Positions 48,474 to 57,858 of a stretch of 64,000 bases of DNA are shown here, one piece after another. The stretch's first letter is position 1. Each line of letters starts with the position of its first letter. The DNA comes from an uncultured virus (IMG/VR IMGVR_UViG_3300033069_000856) (Duplodnaviria > Heunggongvirae > Uroviricota > Caudoviricetes). A program made the position numbers and the translations under genes. Under the pieces are notes generated by a model. That model saw nothing but the letters and a program-made list of their open reading frames with translations. It searched no databases and had not been told where the DNA came from. Location: the IMG/VR virus record IMGVR_UViG_3300033069_000856; one strand, 5' to 3'.

Positions 48474-50147
48474 ATGAACACACCTTGCGGTCCTGATATC
48501 AAAACTATTAATGTAGCTAATATTCGCCTTGGCTTTGCAACTAATAGCAGCAGTACTCACAGTGTTGTCATCAATCCCGAAAGGTTCGGAGAAGTGGAGT
48601 GGCCCTTGCAGGAGTTCTTACGCGTTCTTGTGCGTGATTCTTCGGAGAATTACAGGATAACCGACCATAACCATCGGCTGGTCCTGTTCGCCAAGAGCCT
48701 GTACTGCTCCTTGGTTGGCGCCATTGGCAGCCAGGCTGCCCAGGCTACGGTGTGTGAGTTCTGCTGTGTCGACCGGCACGTGCTCACCCACTACGAGACT
48801 GAGGATGAGATCCGCATGGTGATCCCGACAACCAAGGTCGGCGGTGGCCTCAAAGATCCTCGCCCATTCAGCAGGTCGGACAGGGAAGACGTTCACCCCA
48901 CTACGTACTGCGAGGAGTACCTGCGAGACCTGATGAACTTCCTGGTCTCCAACAAGTCCGTTGGCTGGGTCCGCACTCGGGACAATGATGAGGGCCTGGA
49001 CGAAGAGGGTGGTGACCTGCGGGACAGGCTTGCGCCTGGGCACTATGCGGGTACCACCTTGAGCCTGGATCCTCGCAGCCAATGGGTTGCCAGGGCTGAT
49101 GGGCCTTGGTGGGTCCTGATGAACCGCCTGACCGGTGCCAAGCTCCGGGTCAATTTCTCGGATATGGAGGCGACCTACCCGAAGTCTACTCTGCCGGAGT
49201 TGGTGGATATTAAGATCACCGACTTCTGCCCCTACAACTGCTCCTTCTGCTACCAGGGCAGCACCAAGGACGGCAAGCACTCTAAGGAAGCCGACCTGGA
49301 CAAGTACATCCAGGTGCTGAAAGCAATGGGTACGTTCGAAGTGGCGATTGGTGGTGGTGAGCCCACACTCCATCCCAAGTTCAACTTGTTCATCCAGTCC
49401 CTCTACAACGCCGGTATTCAGCCCAACTTCACTACCAGGAACCTGGCGTTCTTCAAGAAGGAAGAGAACCTCAAACTCATCCAGGGCACAGGAGCCAAGT
49501 TCGCCGTCAGCGTCGACACGTTGAAGGCAGCCAAAGAAGCTGTTGAACAGCTTGAGGCCTCTCTGTTTATCCGTGAAATTGCAGACGGTATTAAGGTCCC
49601 ACAAGGGATCAGCTCGTACTGCCGGGATCAGAACCCGTACACCCTGCAGGTGATCCTTGGCAGTGACGTAGAGGCGGTGGTCGACATACTTCTCTACGCC
49701 AGCACTAAGAGCATCAATGTCACCTTGCTCGGGTATAAGACTACCGGGCGAGGCGCTATTGACTTGAAGGTGAAGGGCACCACCATCAAGAAGCTGCAGT
49801 CTGCCTATGCCAAGGAGTTCTCCACTCGGATCGAGCAGCTTCTCGACCAGTACAAGTTCCGCATCTCGATCGGCGTGGATACCCTCGCCATCGAGCAGCT
49901 CCCGTTCCTCAAGGGAGACAAGTACAGATATCAAGTTACAGCGGCTGAGGGGAAGTTCTCCATGTACATTGATGCTGTGGCCAACGTGATGGGCAGCAGC
50001 AGTTACGTGGAGCCGGAAGCCTATGTTCCGATCCCCATGAAAGCCCCCAAGGCTAAGGCTAAGGAATGGGAAGAGATCCCAAACCAGCCTGACCTTGATT
50101 TCCGTGGTATGTATACAGCAATCGCTAAAACTTATGCTGAATGGTGA
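48474..50147 (+). CDS. radical SAM protein with N-terminal GFATNSSS domain
   Basis: CPYNCSFC, AIGGGEP; N-terminal IRLGFATNSSSTHS. Confidence 0.85.
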   Translation: MNTPCGPDIKTINVANIRLGFATNSSSTHSVVINPERFGEVEWPLQEFLRVLVRDSSENYRITDHNHRLVLFAKSLYCSLVGAIGSQAAQATVCEFCCVDRHVLTHYETEDEIRMVIPTTKVGGGLKDPRPFSRSDREDVHPTTYCEEYLRDLMNFLVSNKSVGWVRTRDNDEGLDEEGGDLRDRLAPGHYAGTTLSLDPRSQWVARADGPWWVLMNRLTGAKLRVNFSDMEATYPKSTLPELVDIKITDFCPYNCSFCYQGSTKDGKHSKEADLDKYIQVLKAMGTFEVAIGGGEPTLHPKFNLFIQSLYNAGIQPNFTTRNLAFFKKEENLKLIQGTGAKFAVSVDTLKAAKEAVEQLEASLFIREIADGIKVPQGISSYCRDQNPYTLQVILGSDVEAVVDILLYASTKSINVTLLGYKTTGRGAIDLKVKGTTIKKLQSAYAKEFSTRIEQLLDQYKFRISIGVDTLAIEQLPFLKGDKYRYQVTAAEGKFSMYIDAVANVMGSSSYVEPEAYVPIPMKAPKAKAKEWEEIPNQPDLDFRGMYTAIAKTYAEW

Positions 50148-50776
50148 TTATGGATGAAGAGTTTCAAACAATCCTGAATAATTTGAACGAATGGTTGACT
50201 AAGTTCGACCCTCCGGCAGAAGGGGCCGAACAGCCAGAAGAGTCAGAGCATGGGCAAACAATCGCCATGCTGGCCTTGTTCGAGGTTCTGCTACGAGCAG
50301 CTATTACAAACCCAAGCGTTGCTGTGAACATCATCAACGCATCAAATACGCTCGAGAGTTCTCTGGTTGGAGTACATGGCGGCGTAGCCATGCACAACCA
50401 GGCTGACCTGTTCGTGAATTCCCTGCTTAATACGTGCTTACGTACGCACCTGTTTTCAGAGATATTCAAGAGCATTGCTGATAAGGCGATTAAAGAGTGC
50501 GAGGGTACCAAGAACATCCCAGTTCAAAGTATCGCCGTACCTGATCACCTGTACTACGATCCGTCGATTGCCAAGGCTGCCAGCCAACGATTCTCCAAAG
50601 ACATGTTCCAGCAGACCGGGAACAAGTTTGTAACCGAGGAGAAAAACGAGGATGGTCCAGTAGTGCAGATGGCCCGCATCAGCGCTATGGAGTCGCTGTA
50701 CATTTTCCAGAATGCTCTGGATTCAGCCCGAGACTCGATCACCCAAACGATCGATCGTCTCCGAGAACAAAACTAG
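50141..50776 (+). CDS. hypothetical protein
   Basis: coupled ORF. Confidence 0.6.
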   Translation: MVIMDEEFQTILNNLNEWLTKFDPPAEGAEQPEESEHGQTIAMLALFEVLLRAAITNPSVAVNIINASNTLESSLVGVHGGVAMHNQADLFVNSLLNTCLRTHLFSEIFKSIADKAIKECEGTKNIPVQSIAVPDHLYYDPSIAKAASQRFSKDMFQQTGNKFVTEEKNEDGPVVQMARISAMESLYIFQNALDSARDSITQTIDRLREQN

Positions 50777-50837
50777 TTCACGTTGGAAATCTTCAACACA
50801 AGGACGGATGCCTGGGGTAACCCCTTGGCATCCACTT

Positions 50838-51302
50838 ATGAAAACACTAGACCTCAAATCGAAGTTTGAGCTTGGTGCAGTAATTCCCAATTATGAGGCT
50901 CTACTAGCCGCATTAAAAGGGAATTACTACATGCTTCCAGGTACTGTTAAATCGTACTTTAGCCATTTTTTTACTCGTTGTTTTGTTAACTTGTTGGGCT
51001 CAATGGTAGGTATGCAGGTTACCTCTACCTGGGATACAACTATTAATTTGACGTGCTCTTGGTCTACAATGTCAGTGGATTTCTCTGTATCCCACATATC
51101 CCCTCTACACTTGTACAACAAGCTCAAGAGGACCTTCTGGCACAAAGGTGTGTTTATTCACGTGGATTATACAAAGCATCAACAGTTTACTGCAGAAGAG
51201 CGTGGATTTTTCACGAACTGGGATAATGGTAGGTTGGTAATTTCATCTAAAGGCAAACGGTTCATGGAGATCTATGAAAACATTACAGGTATCAAGCGTT
51301 AA
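50838..51302 (+). CDS. MxTL-family protein (MKTLD)
   Basis: ATG 50838 after a hairpin; starts cluster 3. Confidence 0.7.
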   Translation: MKTLDLKSKFELGAVIPNYEALLAALKGNYYMLPGTVKSYFSHFFTRCFVNLLGSMVGMQVTSTWDTTINLTCSWSTMSVDFSVSHISPLHLYNKLKRTFWHKGVFIHVDYTKHQQFTAEERGFFTNWDNGRLVISSKGKRFMEIYENITGIKR

Positions 51303-51465
51303 GCTGGACAAGTCTTTAACTTACTTCTATGGCATGTTGACTACGCTCAACATATCCAGTGTTAGGCCTACCCTTGTGGCAAAGTTCTTCGGAGAGTTGC
51401 TTATTACCTTCCGTAGGCAGCACCATATGAACATCGTTTGGTTGAAAGTAGGTACCGTCAAATGA
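51274..51465 (+). CDS. MxTL-family protein (MKTLQ)
   Basis: SD ggag, overlap. Confidence 0.7.
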   Translation: MKTLQVSSVKLDKSLTYFYGMLTTLNISSVRPTLVAKFFGELLITFRRQHHMNIVWLKVGTVK

Positions 51466-51845
51466 AGTGCTTAGTGTCCACTAAGATCGTTGAGGGTATT
51501 TACTTCTGCGTTCAGTTCGAGCCCCAGCAGTGGAGCGAAGAATACTGGTGCAGGACGTTGCTATCTTGGGCATGTGTTCTATCCTCGTGCTCCCAGCCTA
51601 AGCAGGGTGCGATAGGCGCCATCAAAGTACGCTGGCCCAAGAGTTACACCAGTGAAGGTAGGGTGGTTACGTTCATTAACCAAAGAGGTATGGCTACTAG
51701 CAGGATAATTCCTCCTCCGTACAAGAACACTAAGCCAGTTAGGGATATTCGCATAGAAGCGCATAGGGCAGAATTTGACCTGACCACCAGCAACTTAGCC
51801 AAAGGAATGTATGAAGACTCTTCAATACACCCACCCAAACATTGA
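51462..51845 (+). CDS. MxTL-family variant (MKCL)
   Basis: ATGA overlap. Confidence 0.6.
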   Translation: MKCLVSTKIVEGIYFCVQFEPQQWSEEYWCRTLLSWACVLSSCSQPKQGAIGAIKVRWPKSYTSEGRVVTFINQRGMATSRIIPPPYKNTKPVRDIRIEAHRAEFDLTTSNLAKGMYEDSSIHPPKH

Positions 51846-52188
51846 AGTACCTGAGAGAGTATGCGTCGCAGAGGATGACTACGAATTGGGTATTAACAGA
51901 CTGATGAACCAGATTGCTTTTTTACAGAAGCGTAGGGGTAGCCGCAGGTCCAAGGTGCATAACAGGGACAGTTCAGATGACTTTATGCCGGTTACAGGGG
52001 CGACCTACGCCCGTATTACTCCAGCTCGAACTTGGGTTTCTAGCTATGCAGTGACTATGGGCTGGGAAGTACTGATGGAGAGGACATTCAACTACAGATA
52101 CTGTACCCCAGATTATAATAAGCACCCTAATTGGGCAGGTATCTACTCTTGGCCACGTACATTTGACCTACCAGAAACAGAGGACTAA
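51811..52188 (+). CDS. MxTL-family protein (MKTLQ)
   Basis: SD aagga. Confidence 0.7.
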   Translation: MKTLQYTHPNIEVPERVCVAEDDYELGINRLMNQIAFLQKRRGSRRSKVHNRDSSDDFMPVTGATYARITPARTWVSSYAVTMGWEVLMERTFNYRYCTPDYNKHPNWAGIYSWPRTFDLPETED

Positions 52189-52587
52189 ATGAAAACACTC
52201 TACACCATAACTCTTAAATACAGTGATAGGAGTGATGAATATTCCGAAATGTATTCATCAGATTACACCGGCGATCATTTCCTTGAGCTGACATTTAATC
52301 AACGGAAGATTAGGCCAGTGAGGGATACTTATGTGGTTGAAGAGGGATTTGCTGGGGCTGCCTACACAATGAAAGCCGAGTCAGCTCTGAGCAAGCATTC
52401 TTGTGCTAAGCTTGAGGATTGGTGCAGACCTTACCATGTAGGTAGGTTAGATAGTACGTTTGATCCAGAGTGGTACACTCAGCGCTACCCAGAGGCAACC
52501 AAGCTCTGGAAAGATTCGCTTGATCGAGATGAGACCATGGTACTCAGGAGACATTTCATTGAAAACACTTCAGTACACAAATTGTGA
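52189..52587 (+). CDS. MxTL-family protein (MKTLY)
   Basis: abuts upstream stop. Confidence 0.7.
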   Translation: MKTLYTITLKYSDRSDEYSEMYSSDYTGDHFLELTFNQRKIRPVRDTYVVEEGFAGAAYTMKAESALSKHSCAKLEDWCRPYHVGRLDSTFDPEWYTQRYPEATKLWKDSLDRDETMVLRRHFIENTSVHKL

Positions 52588-52825
52588 AGTCTTGGACTGC
52601 AGCACCTCTGGTGGTTATCTGATATCGTATGGGCCTTATATACTTAATGCCTTGTGCACTCCGTGGAGAAAACTGAAATGGTATTCAGTCTTACGATATC
52701 AAGCATTAATATACCGCTTTAGAACACGCGATAGCCTTTATCAGAATGTGGATTGTCGATGCAAACCCAGAACTAAATTCAAGGATTTTGACTTACTGAT
52801 GGAGGTCTCTCATGAAAACACTTGA
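52559..52825 (+). CDS. MxTL-family protein, paralogue group A (TTG start)
   Basis: SD aggag; PWRK, VD.R. Confidence 0.65.
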   Translation: MKTLQYTNCEVLDCSTSGGYLISYGPYILNALCTPWRKLKWYSVLRYQALIYRFRTRDSLYQNVDCRCKPRTKFKDFDLLMEVSHENT

Positions 52826-53072
52826 TTGGGTTAAGCTAGCCAATTCACGAAGAAGGTCTGAGGTCCAGCCGTACACCTATAGGGGTATAACTGACACACT
52901 CATATACCTAAGCAGTCGTTGGCGTAAAACTAAGTTTGACTGGCAGGATACTGACGTTAGGCTTAGTGCCGGAGAGCTCGGTAGATACTGGGTCTTACCT
53001 TTGGACAAACGCTACAGGACTAAAGACTGGGATAGCGTTGCACTGTTCCCCTTATCGGTGGTCGTCAAATGA
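52812..53072 (+). CDS. MxTL-family protein, group A
   Basis: SD ggagg; RWRK, LPLD.RY. Confidence 0.7.
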   Translation: MKTLDWVKLANSRRRSEVQPYTYRGITDTLIYLSSRWRKTKFDWQDTDVRLSAGELGRYWVLPLDKRYRTKDWDSVALFPLSVVVK

Positions 53073-53323
53073 AAACACTGAACCTAACTGTCTTATACAA
53101 ACCTATCCCTAGTAACTACAGTCCAGCTTTAGCGTATAGCATAAAGCTCTGCCTAACCAGGATGTCGCAGCCATGGCATAAACGCTTAAAGATTTGGGAC
53201 TCAAACGTAGTACGGTGGAGTAGGATCGGATTTACACGTATGTATGACCTTCCAGTTGATGATAGGTTCAAGTTCAAAGACTTCGTATCCCAAAAGGACT
53301 TTCTCATCCTGAAGTTCAAATGA
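53069..53323 (+). CDS. MxTL-family protein, group A
   Basis: RMSQPWHK, YDLPVDDRF. Confidence 0.7.
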   Translation: MKTLNLTVLYKPIPSNYSPALAYSIKLCLTRMSQPWHKRLKIWDSNVVRWSRIGFTRMYDLPVDDRFKFKDFVSQKDFLILKFK

Positions 53324-53583
53324 AAACACTCAATTTCGTTAAATTAGCCAAGAATGATATAGTCAGATTTTGCTCTGCCGATAATGAACTGGCAAATATA
53401 CGCTGCATGCTATCTAGAATGTCAAGACCATGGCGTAAGCATTTGTACGTAGGTGAGGGTTCTAGTGTGTCTTGGCACAGAACTGGATTCGTGTATGTGT
53501 ACGATTTGCCAGTGGATAATAGGTACAACGAACTAGATTACTTAACCGATTTACCGCTTGCCCTAACGATCAAAATCAAATGA
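53320..53583 (+). CDS. MxTL-family protein, group A
   Basis: RMSRPWRK, YDLPVDNRY. Confidence 0.7.
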   Translation: MKTLNFVKLAKNDIVRFCSADNELANIRCMLSRMSRPWRKHLYVGEGSSVSWHRTGFVYVYDLPVDNRYNELDYLTDLPLALTIKIK

Positions 53584-53843
53584 GAACACTAGACTGGCCT
53601 CAGTTAAACCCACCACCTCTTACATGGCGTGGCCTATCAGAGGTTGTTCTTAATGAACTAAATGATGCTTTGCACGTGCTTTCACTCCCATGGGCGTCAT
53701 CAAAAACAGTTAATAACCACTGTACGATACACGGCAATCGTTATGGCTTTCTGAATATTTGGGATGCTCATCTGGATATGCGGTATAAGCCCAGGCCGTT
53801 CATGTCAGACAACGCACTCCAATTGTTGATAGAGGTTAAATGA
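53580..53843 (+). CDS. MxTL-family protein, group A (MRTL)
   Basis: SLPW, WDAHLDMRY. Confidence 0.7.
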   Translation: MRTLDWPQLNPPPLTWRGLSEVVLNELNDALHVLSLPWASSKTVNNHCTIHGNRYGFLNIWDAHLDMRYKPRPFMSDNALQLLIEVK

Positions 53844-54142
53844 AAACACTACGAGCCCAAAATCTCAGTTATGCAGAACAGAACTCAGCTAAGACTTTAC
53901 GGTTCTGCTTCAACATGATGACCGGTCTCCGGTACCTGGTGGTGGACCAGCACAAGCCTGGCTCCCTTAAAAGCCTTCCAAGGATGAATCCAAGAGCTGT
54001 AGTCAAGTTCAAGAAGGATAACGTAGAGTGCTCCCGCAGTTCTGCCCGTGGTAAGGAAGAGCAGGCCAAGGAAGGGCACCACTGGTCAAGGCCCATCTAC
54101 GGGGCCTTCTCGATTAACTCAGAACTTGACACCAGTATTTGA
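53840..54142 (+). CDS. MxTL-family protein (MKTLR)
   Basis: ATGA overlap. Confidence 0.7.
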   Translation: MKTLRAQNLSYAEQNSAKTLRFCFNMMTGLRYLVVDQHKPGSLKSLPRMNPRAVVKFKKDNVECSRSSARGKEEQAKEGHHWSRPIYGAFSINSELDTSI

Positions 54143-54172
54143 CTTCTAAGCCAAACCAGGTAAACTACATAA

Positions 54173-54796
54173 ATGGCAACAATTACCCCTAATACTCAGT
54201 ACCAGCCCGGATCAGTTCCTGGATTCGAGAGCTTCACAATGATCCCTACTAGCAAGTCAACCGCTACAGGGGATGATTTCTCTGGTTTGGCTATGGGAGG
54301 GTACTCCCCCCATGAGGCCGCCCCTACCTTGGAATATGATGAAAATGGTAGGGCCTATGGGGTACGTGATCCCCAGACTGGGCGTATCTACAACGTTTCT
54401 AATCTACCGCCCAATGTGACCAGCCAGGACCTCGCTAACTTCATTGCCAGCGTCCGGATGCCCCCTAAGGTACAAAGCGCCCCAGCGGTCTCTAATGCCC
54501 CCAGGAAGCAAGCTATGGAGAAGCCTAGAACCACCTCCAATATTGTCCTGAAGCTTAATGGTATTAAAGTCTCATTAGCGGTATTAGAGGGTATTGTCAG
54601 CGATGACAGGACCAGCTTAATGCTGATATTCCCTTCCGAGAACGAACAACCAATTGAACTAGATAGACAGCTAGAGGGCCTTGTATTCGCCCTCCCCACC
54701 TGTAGCCTAGTGTGTAGCTACTACGGGCAGAAGTTCAACCTGAAGTCCGGTGACACTGCGGTTATCTTTTTGATCGACTCGATCCAGGATAGCTAA
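54173..54796 (+). CDS. hypothetical protein interrupting the MxTL array
   Basis: no MxTL; preceded by ttgact-N16-taaact sigma70-like promoter, possibly leaderless. Confidence 0.65.
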   Translation: MATITPNTQYQPGSVPGFESFTMIPTSKSTATGDDFSGLAMGGYSPHEAAPTLEYDENGRAYGVRDPQTGRIYNVSNLPPNVTSQDLANFIASVRMPPKVQSAPAVSNAPRKQAMEKPRTTSNIVLKLNGIKVSLAVLEGIVSDDRTSLMLIFPSENEQPIELDRQLEGLVFALPTCSLVCSYYGQKFNLKSGDTAVIFLIDSIQDS

Positions 54797-54808
54797 AAGA
54801 AAGCACAA

Positions 54809-55069
54809 ATGAAAACACTGAAGAATCCCCGGTGGCTTCACCTGGGGATTTTGTGGCATTGTATTAAGAACTGGAAAGAGAGCGTTAAGAACCATGGTAT
54901 CCACACCTTCCTACAGTCGACCCACTTAATGGCTCTTGGCAGGAGGGTAGAGCTCCTAAATGACGTAGCCACCTTGTCGAGCTACCCTATGTTCTTCGGT
55001 AGTACTCCTAGTAATAACATATGTAGGAAGACTGAGATTAGGCGGAGGAAGTACCAATTCAAACGCTAA
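54809..55069 (+). CDS. MxTL-family protein (MKTLK)
   Basis: ATG 54809. Confidence 0.7.
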   Translation: MKTLKNPRWLHLGILWHCIKNWKESVKNHGIHTFLQSTHLMALGRRVELLNDVATLSSYPMFFGSTPSNNICRKTEIRRRKYQFKR

Positions 55070-55377
55070 AGTCTTCTGACGTGTTCATTACGCACGAACC
55101 TTTTATAGACAATTACGATACTAGTTATTACCTTTCGCTGCTGTATGTTGAGCAGCAAGTAGACAAGTTTAAACTGAGGTGGGAGTGGTATGCTGTTACT
55201 GGTGCACGTATTAAGTTTGATAACGTGTTAAGAAGGGGAAAATGCTCGCTATTGTTCCAGCACCTATACACAGAAGAAGTCAAGGATAGAAAAGAAATGG
55301 GTATAGGCTGTGCCCTAGCCGACTGGCCCCATATCCCTAGCACACAAATCAAACTCTCAAGTAGGACATTCCTATGA
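55057..55377 (+). CDS. MxTL-family protein with ATT start (ATT-CAA-ACG-CTA), group B
   Basis: SD ggagg; in frame with the 55081 ORF; paralogue of the next gene. Confidence 0.65.
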   Translation: MQTLKSSDVFITHEPFIDNYDTSYYLSLLYVEQQVDKFKLRWEWYAVTGARIKFDNVLRRGKCSLLFQHLYTEEVKDRKEMGIGCALADWPHIPSTQIKLSSRTFL

Positions 55378-55712
55378 AAACACTACACACAACTAATGTT
55401 CTTGTCATCAAAGACAAAGGCTCTCGGCCTCGGCAGCACTCTGCCCTTTCAAGGTTATACGTTGAACAGCCGGAGGTTGACAAGTATAAGGTAGGCTATA
55501 CCTGGTTCGCTTCCTTAGGTGTGTCTATTAAGTTACGTGGGTGGGGCGGAGTAGCAGTTGGCATGCTACGAACTCAGTTATTCGTAGAAGAGAATTACCC
55601 AGGTAGGCAGTTTGGGGCAGGGTCTGGAGTAGACAACTGGCCCCTAGTCTCTAATAACAGGGTTGACCTGAACTGGAACTTCTACAATGAACACTTTACA
55701 CCCGCTTACTAG
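55374..55712 (+). CDS. MxTL-family protein, group B
   Basis: LS.LYVEQ..VDK.K shared with previous gene. Confidence 0.7.
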   Translation: MKTLHTTNVLVIKDKGSRPRQHSALSRLYVEQPEVDKYKVGYTWFASLGVSIKLRGWGGVAVGMLRTQLFVEENYPGRQFGAGSGVDNWPLVSNNRVDLNWNFYNEHFTPAY

Positions 55713-55908
55713 TGCATTGGCTGCGTTCTCATACCCACAGAAAAAGTACTATGCCAGGTATACCGTTACCCATCACAGGTACTACAAGCAATTCAAGCTT
55801 CTGCCAGCAAAGAGGCATTGGCGCTCGCAACTATATGGAGCCTCAATCACTCCAGTAATGTACGGGACAAAAATGCCAGAAGGTTGGAAAGAAAAATGGA
55901 CACACTGA
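55687..55908 (+). CDS. MxTL-family protein (MNTL)
   Basis: overlap. Confidence 0.65.
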   Translation: MNTLHPLTSALAAFSYPQKKYYARYTVTHHRYYKQFKLLPAKRHWRSQLYGASITPVMYGTKMPEGWKEKWTH

Positions 55909-56270
55909 AAAACAAAGACGACTACAGGTTAGCCAGGTTTAATGAGTTGTGCAAACCTGATTCAGATAGAGCGCGTACTGCTAGAGTGCATGCTCAATGT
56001 GACGTCAGTAAATGGTTCTGGCCTAAAACTAGCCCATTCTCTTTGGGAAGGTGTGGCCCTCTCGACCCGATTGCCCTTTCTTCCATATATAACCCCGGGA
56101 TAGCTGCAGTAATCACTGACCTGGACTTCTATGGGGCTAGCATCAAAGACGTTAAGACGCTTTATTACGTTGCTGTAGACACAGTAATTAACGCAGCTTC
56201 GTTAGATAAAGTGTTATGGCACGGCAAGGTAAGAATCACAATCTATAGCTCTAAATATAGAAGGGGCTAA
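55896..56270 (+). CDS. MxTL-family protein (MDTL)
   Basis: overlap. Confidence 0.65.
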   Translation: MDTLKNKDDYRLARFNELCKPDSDRARTARVHAQCDVSKWFWPKTSPFSLGRCGPLDPIALSSIYNPGIAAVITDLDFYGASIKDVKTLYYVAVDTVINAASLDKVLWHGKVRITIYSSKYRRG

Positions 56271-56271
56271 A

Positions 56272-56529
56272 ATGGACTCAACTCTACAAGTAGATTGGGA
56301 TGAACTAGAGCTCAAGGACTTACCGTCAGTTGTACTTGCGAGAGGTACTTGGGATGGGGCATACGCATATAGAGTAACTACCAGGTTTTACAACAAAAGT
56401 ATGCCTATCCGCTCAGCAGCTTCACCCCATAAGTTTCGTTCATTTGTGCTAACTCTTGAGTCCACCCCATCATGGCTAAGTCCTTTGCCCTCTATCTTCT
56501 ATGCCTACAAACCGGAGTTACCCTGGTAA
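56272..56529 (+). CDS. MxTL-family variant (MDSTL)
   Basis: abutting. Confidence 0.65.
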   Translation: MDSTLQVDWDELELKDLPSVVLARGTWDGAYAYRVTTRFYNKSMPIRSAASPHKFRSFVLTLESTPSWLSPLPSIFYAYKPELPW

Positions 56530-56804
56530 TGAAAACACTAAGAGCTCAAACGATTAAAGCAAGAACAGCTACACGACCCCCATTCTTAGGTCACCACCAT
56601 TACTTACAAACATGGGGAGCAAGGGCGGTAGTTGATCCAGCTGCTGCGACCGATGACAACATATGCCGTACTTGCCGAATTCGTAATGGCATCGCTGACA
56701 TACTTCAAGAGGCTGCTGATTATTGCCATTTAGTTTGGGTTAGCCAAGAAGAGTGGCGTAGCTCTAATAGTATGGAGTTCATATGCAAACACTCAAACCG
56801 GTAG
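56529..56804 (+). CDS. MxTL-family protein (MKTLR)
   Basis: TAATG overlap; CxxC. Confidence 0.7.
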   Translation: MKTLRAQTIKARTATRPPFLGHHHYLQTWGARAVVDPAAATDDNICRTCRIRNGIADILQEAADYCHLVWVSQEEWRSSNSMEFICKHSNR

Positions 56805-57001
56805 AAGACCTTTTAGTGGAAGAACTTGTGTTTCCTTGTGTATTACCCAAGAGAACTAAGACGCCGCTATGGCACGGCGATCTAGGTTATAGGGTACTAG
56901 AGCTTCAACGTAAAAATTGTGAGTGTGAAGTTTGTGCAGAAGCTGTAGGATTTTCTGACGTACTACACCTACTTAAAGTAGGGAAATATGAAAACCCTTA
57001 G
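56783..57001 (+). CDS. MxTL-family protein (MQTL)
   Basis: SD ggag; CxCxxC. Confidence 0.7.
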   Translation: MQTLKPVEDLLVEELVFPCVLPKRTKTPLWHGDLGYRVLELQRKNCECEVCAEAVGFSDVLHLLKVGKYENP

Positions 57002-57257
57002 TAACACCATTCAACTAGATGTCTGTATACAAGATGATGCTCCGTTTACTTGGCATAAGATGAACACAAGACATAGCGTAGGTGAGAACTATAAGTCCTA
57101 TTCTTATTCAATAACCATTAGGTCTGGTGGTTGCCAGTGTGGCCAATGTGTTCAAGAGAGGTACCTGATCTCTTTTCATCGTATTAAAGACCTGTATACA
57201 CAAGGAGATCCTCATTACTCATTGCTTGCAGATCCATTACGCTTTGATGAGCTTTAG
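56988..57257 (+). CDS. MxTL-family protein (MKTLS)
   Basis: 14-nt overlap; CxCxxC. Confidence 0.7.
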   Translation: MKTLSNTIQLDVCIQDDAPFTWHKMNTRHSVGENYKSYSYSITIRSGGCQCGQCVQERYLISFHRIKDLYTQGDPHYSLLADPLRFDEL

Positions 57258-57462
57258 TCCTCCGAAGATAATAGATCGGCCATGGCTTATGATCGGCGTA
57301 CACATCACCAACTGGTACATGTGGTTAGAGAACCTAGGTGTTATCCAGTTCGCGTCAGGTGGCTCGGCCTACTTACCTACTATGGGTCGACATTCAATCA
57401 GTGGTATTCGCCCTACTTACGGTTTCATAGATGAAAACCCTCAACTTCAATCTAAGCTTTGA
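57247..57462 (+). CDS. small array protein without a clear MxTL (start uncertain)
   Basis: fills an array slot; RPW motif. Confidence 0.5.
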   Translation: MSFSPPKIIDRPWLMIGVHITNWYMWLENLGVIQFASGGSAYLPTMGRHSISGIRPTYGFIDENPQLQSKL

Positions 57463-57649
57463 TACTGACTTTAATGCCCATGCTGATATATTGCCTACTA
57501 CTCCCAGTCTGTACAAGTGGTTCGCCTGGTCTAAGGTAGTGAAGTTCATACTCAAGTTTCCAAGTTCCACTAGTAATCTAGACCGCAGTGCTCGCCATGT
57601 TTTGCGTATACCAGCAATATACTACCCATTCAGTCCGTGGGAGGATTAA
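57431..57649 (+). CDS. MxTL-family protein (MKTLN)
   Basis: overlap. Confidence 0.7.
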   Translation: MKTLNFNLSFDTDFNAHADILPTTPSLYKWFAWSKVVKFILKFPSSTSNLDRSARHVLRIPAIYYPFSPWED

Positions 57650-57858
57650 TGAAGACACTCCAAGACAGAAAACGATTGCTAGCTAAGAATGGGAAATATG
57701 GGGTATACACTTACCCGCATAAGACGCTTGTTCACTATAGTGTGATCAAGGGAGAGGCGCTCTGGAAGTTAGGGCGTAACTCCCATTCCAGTAAAATATC
57801 CTTTACCCAAGTACTCAAGGCATTTAAGCTATGGGAGCTAGTACGTGCAAACCCTTAA
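57649..57858 (+). CDS. MxTL-family protein (MKTLQ)
   Basis: SD ggagg, TAATG. Confidence 0.7.
   Translation: MKTLQDRKRLLAKNGKYGVYTYPHKTLVHYSVIKGEALWKLGRNSHSSKISFTQVLKAFKLWELVRANP

Noticed and set aside
48618..49934. Long antisense ORFs (also 22780-23697, 45428-46105, 45978-46751, 19512-20198)
   Set aside because: Shadows of GC3-rich genes on the opposite strand, with no motifs of their own
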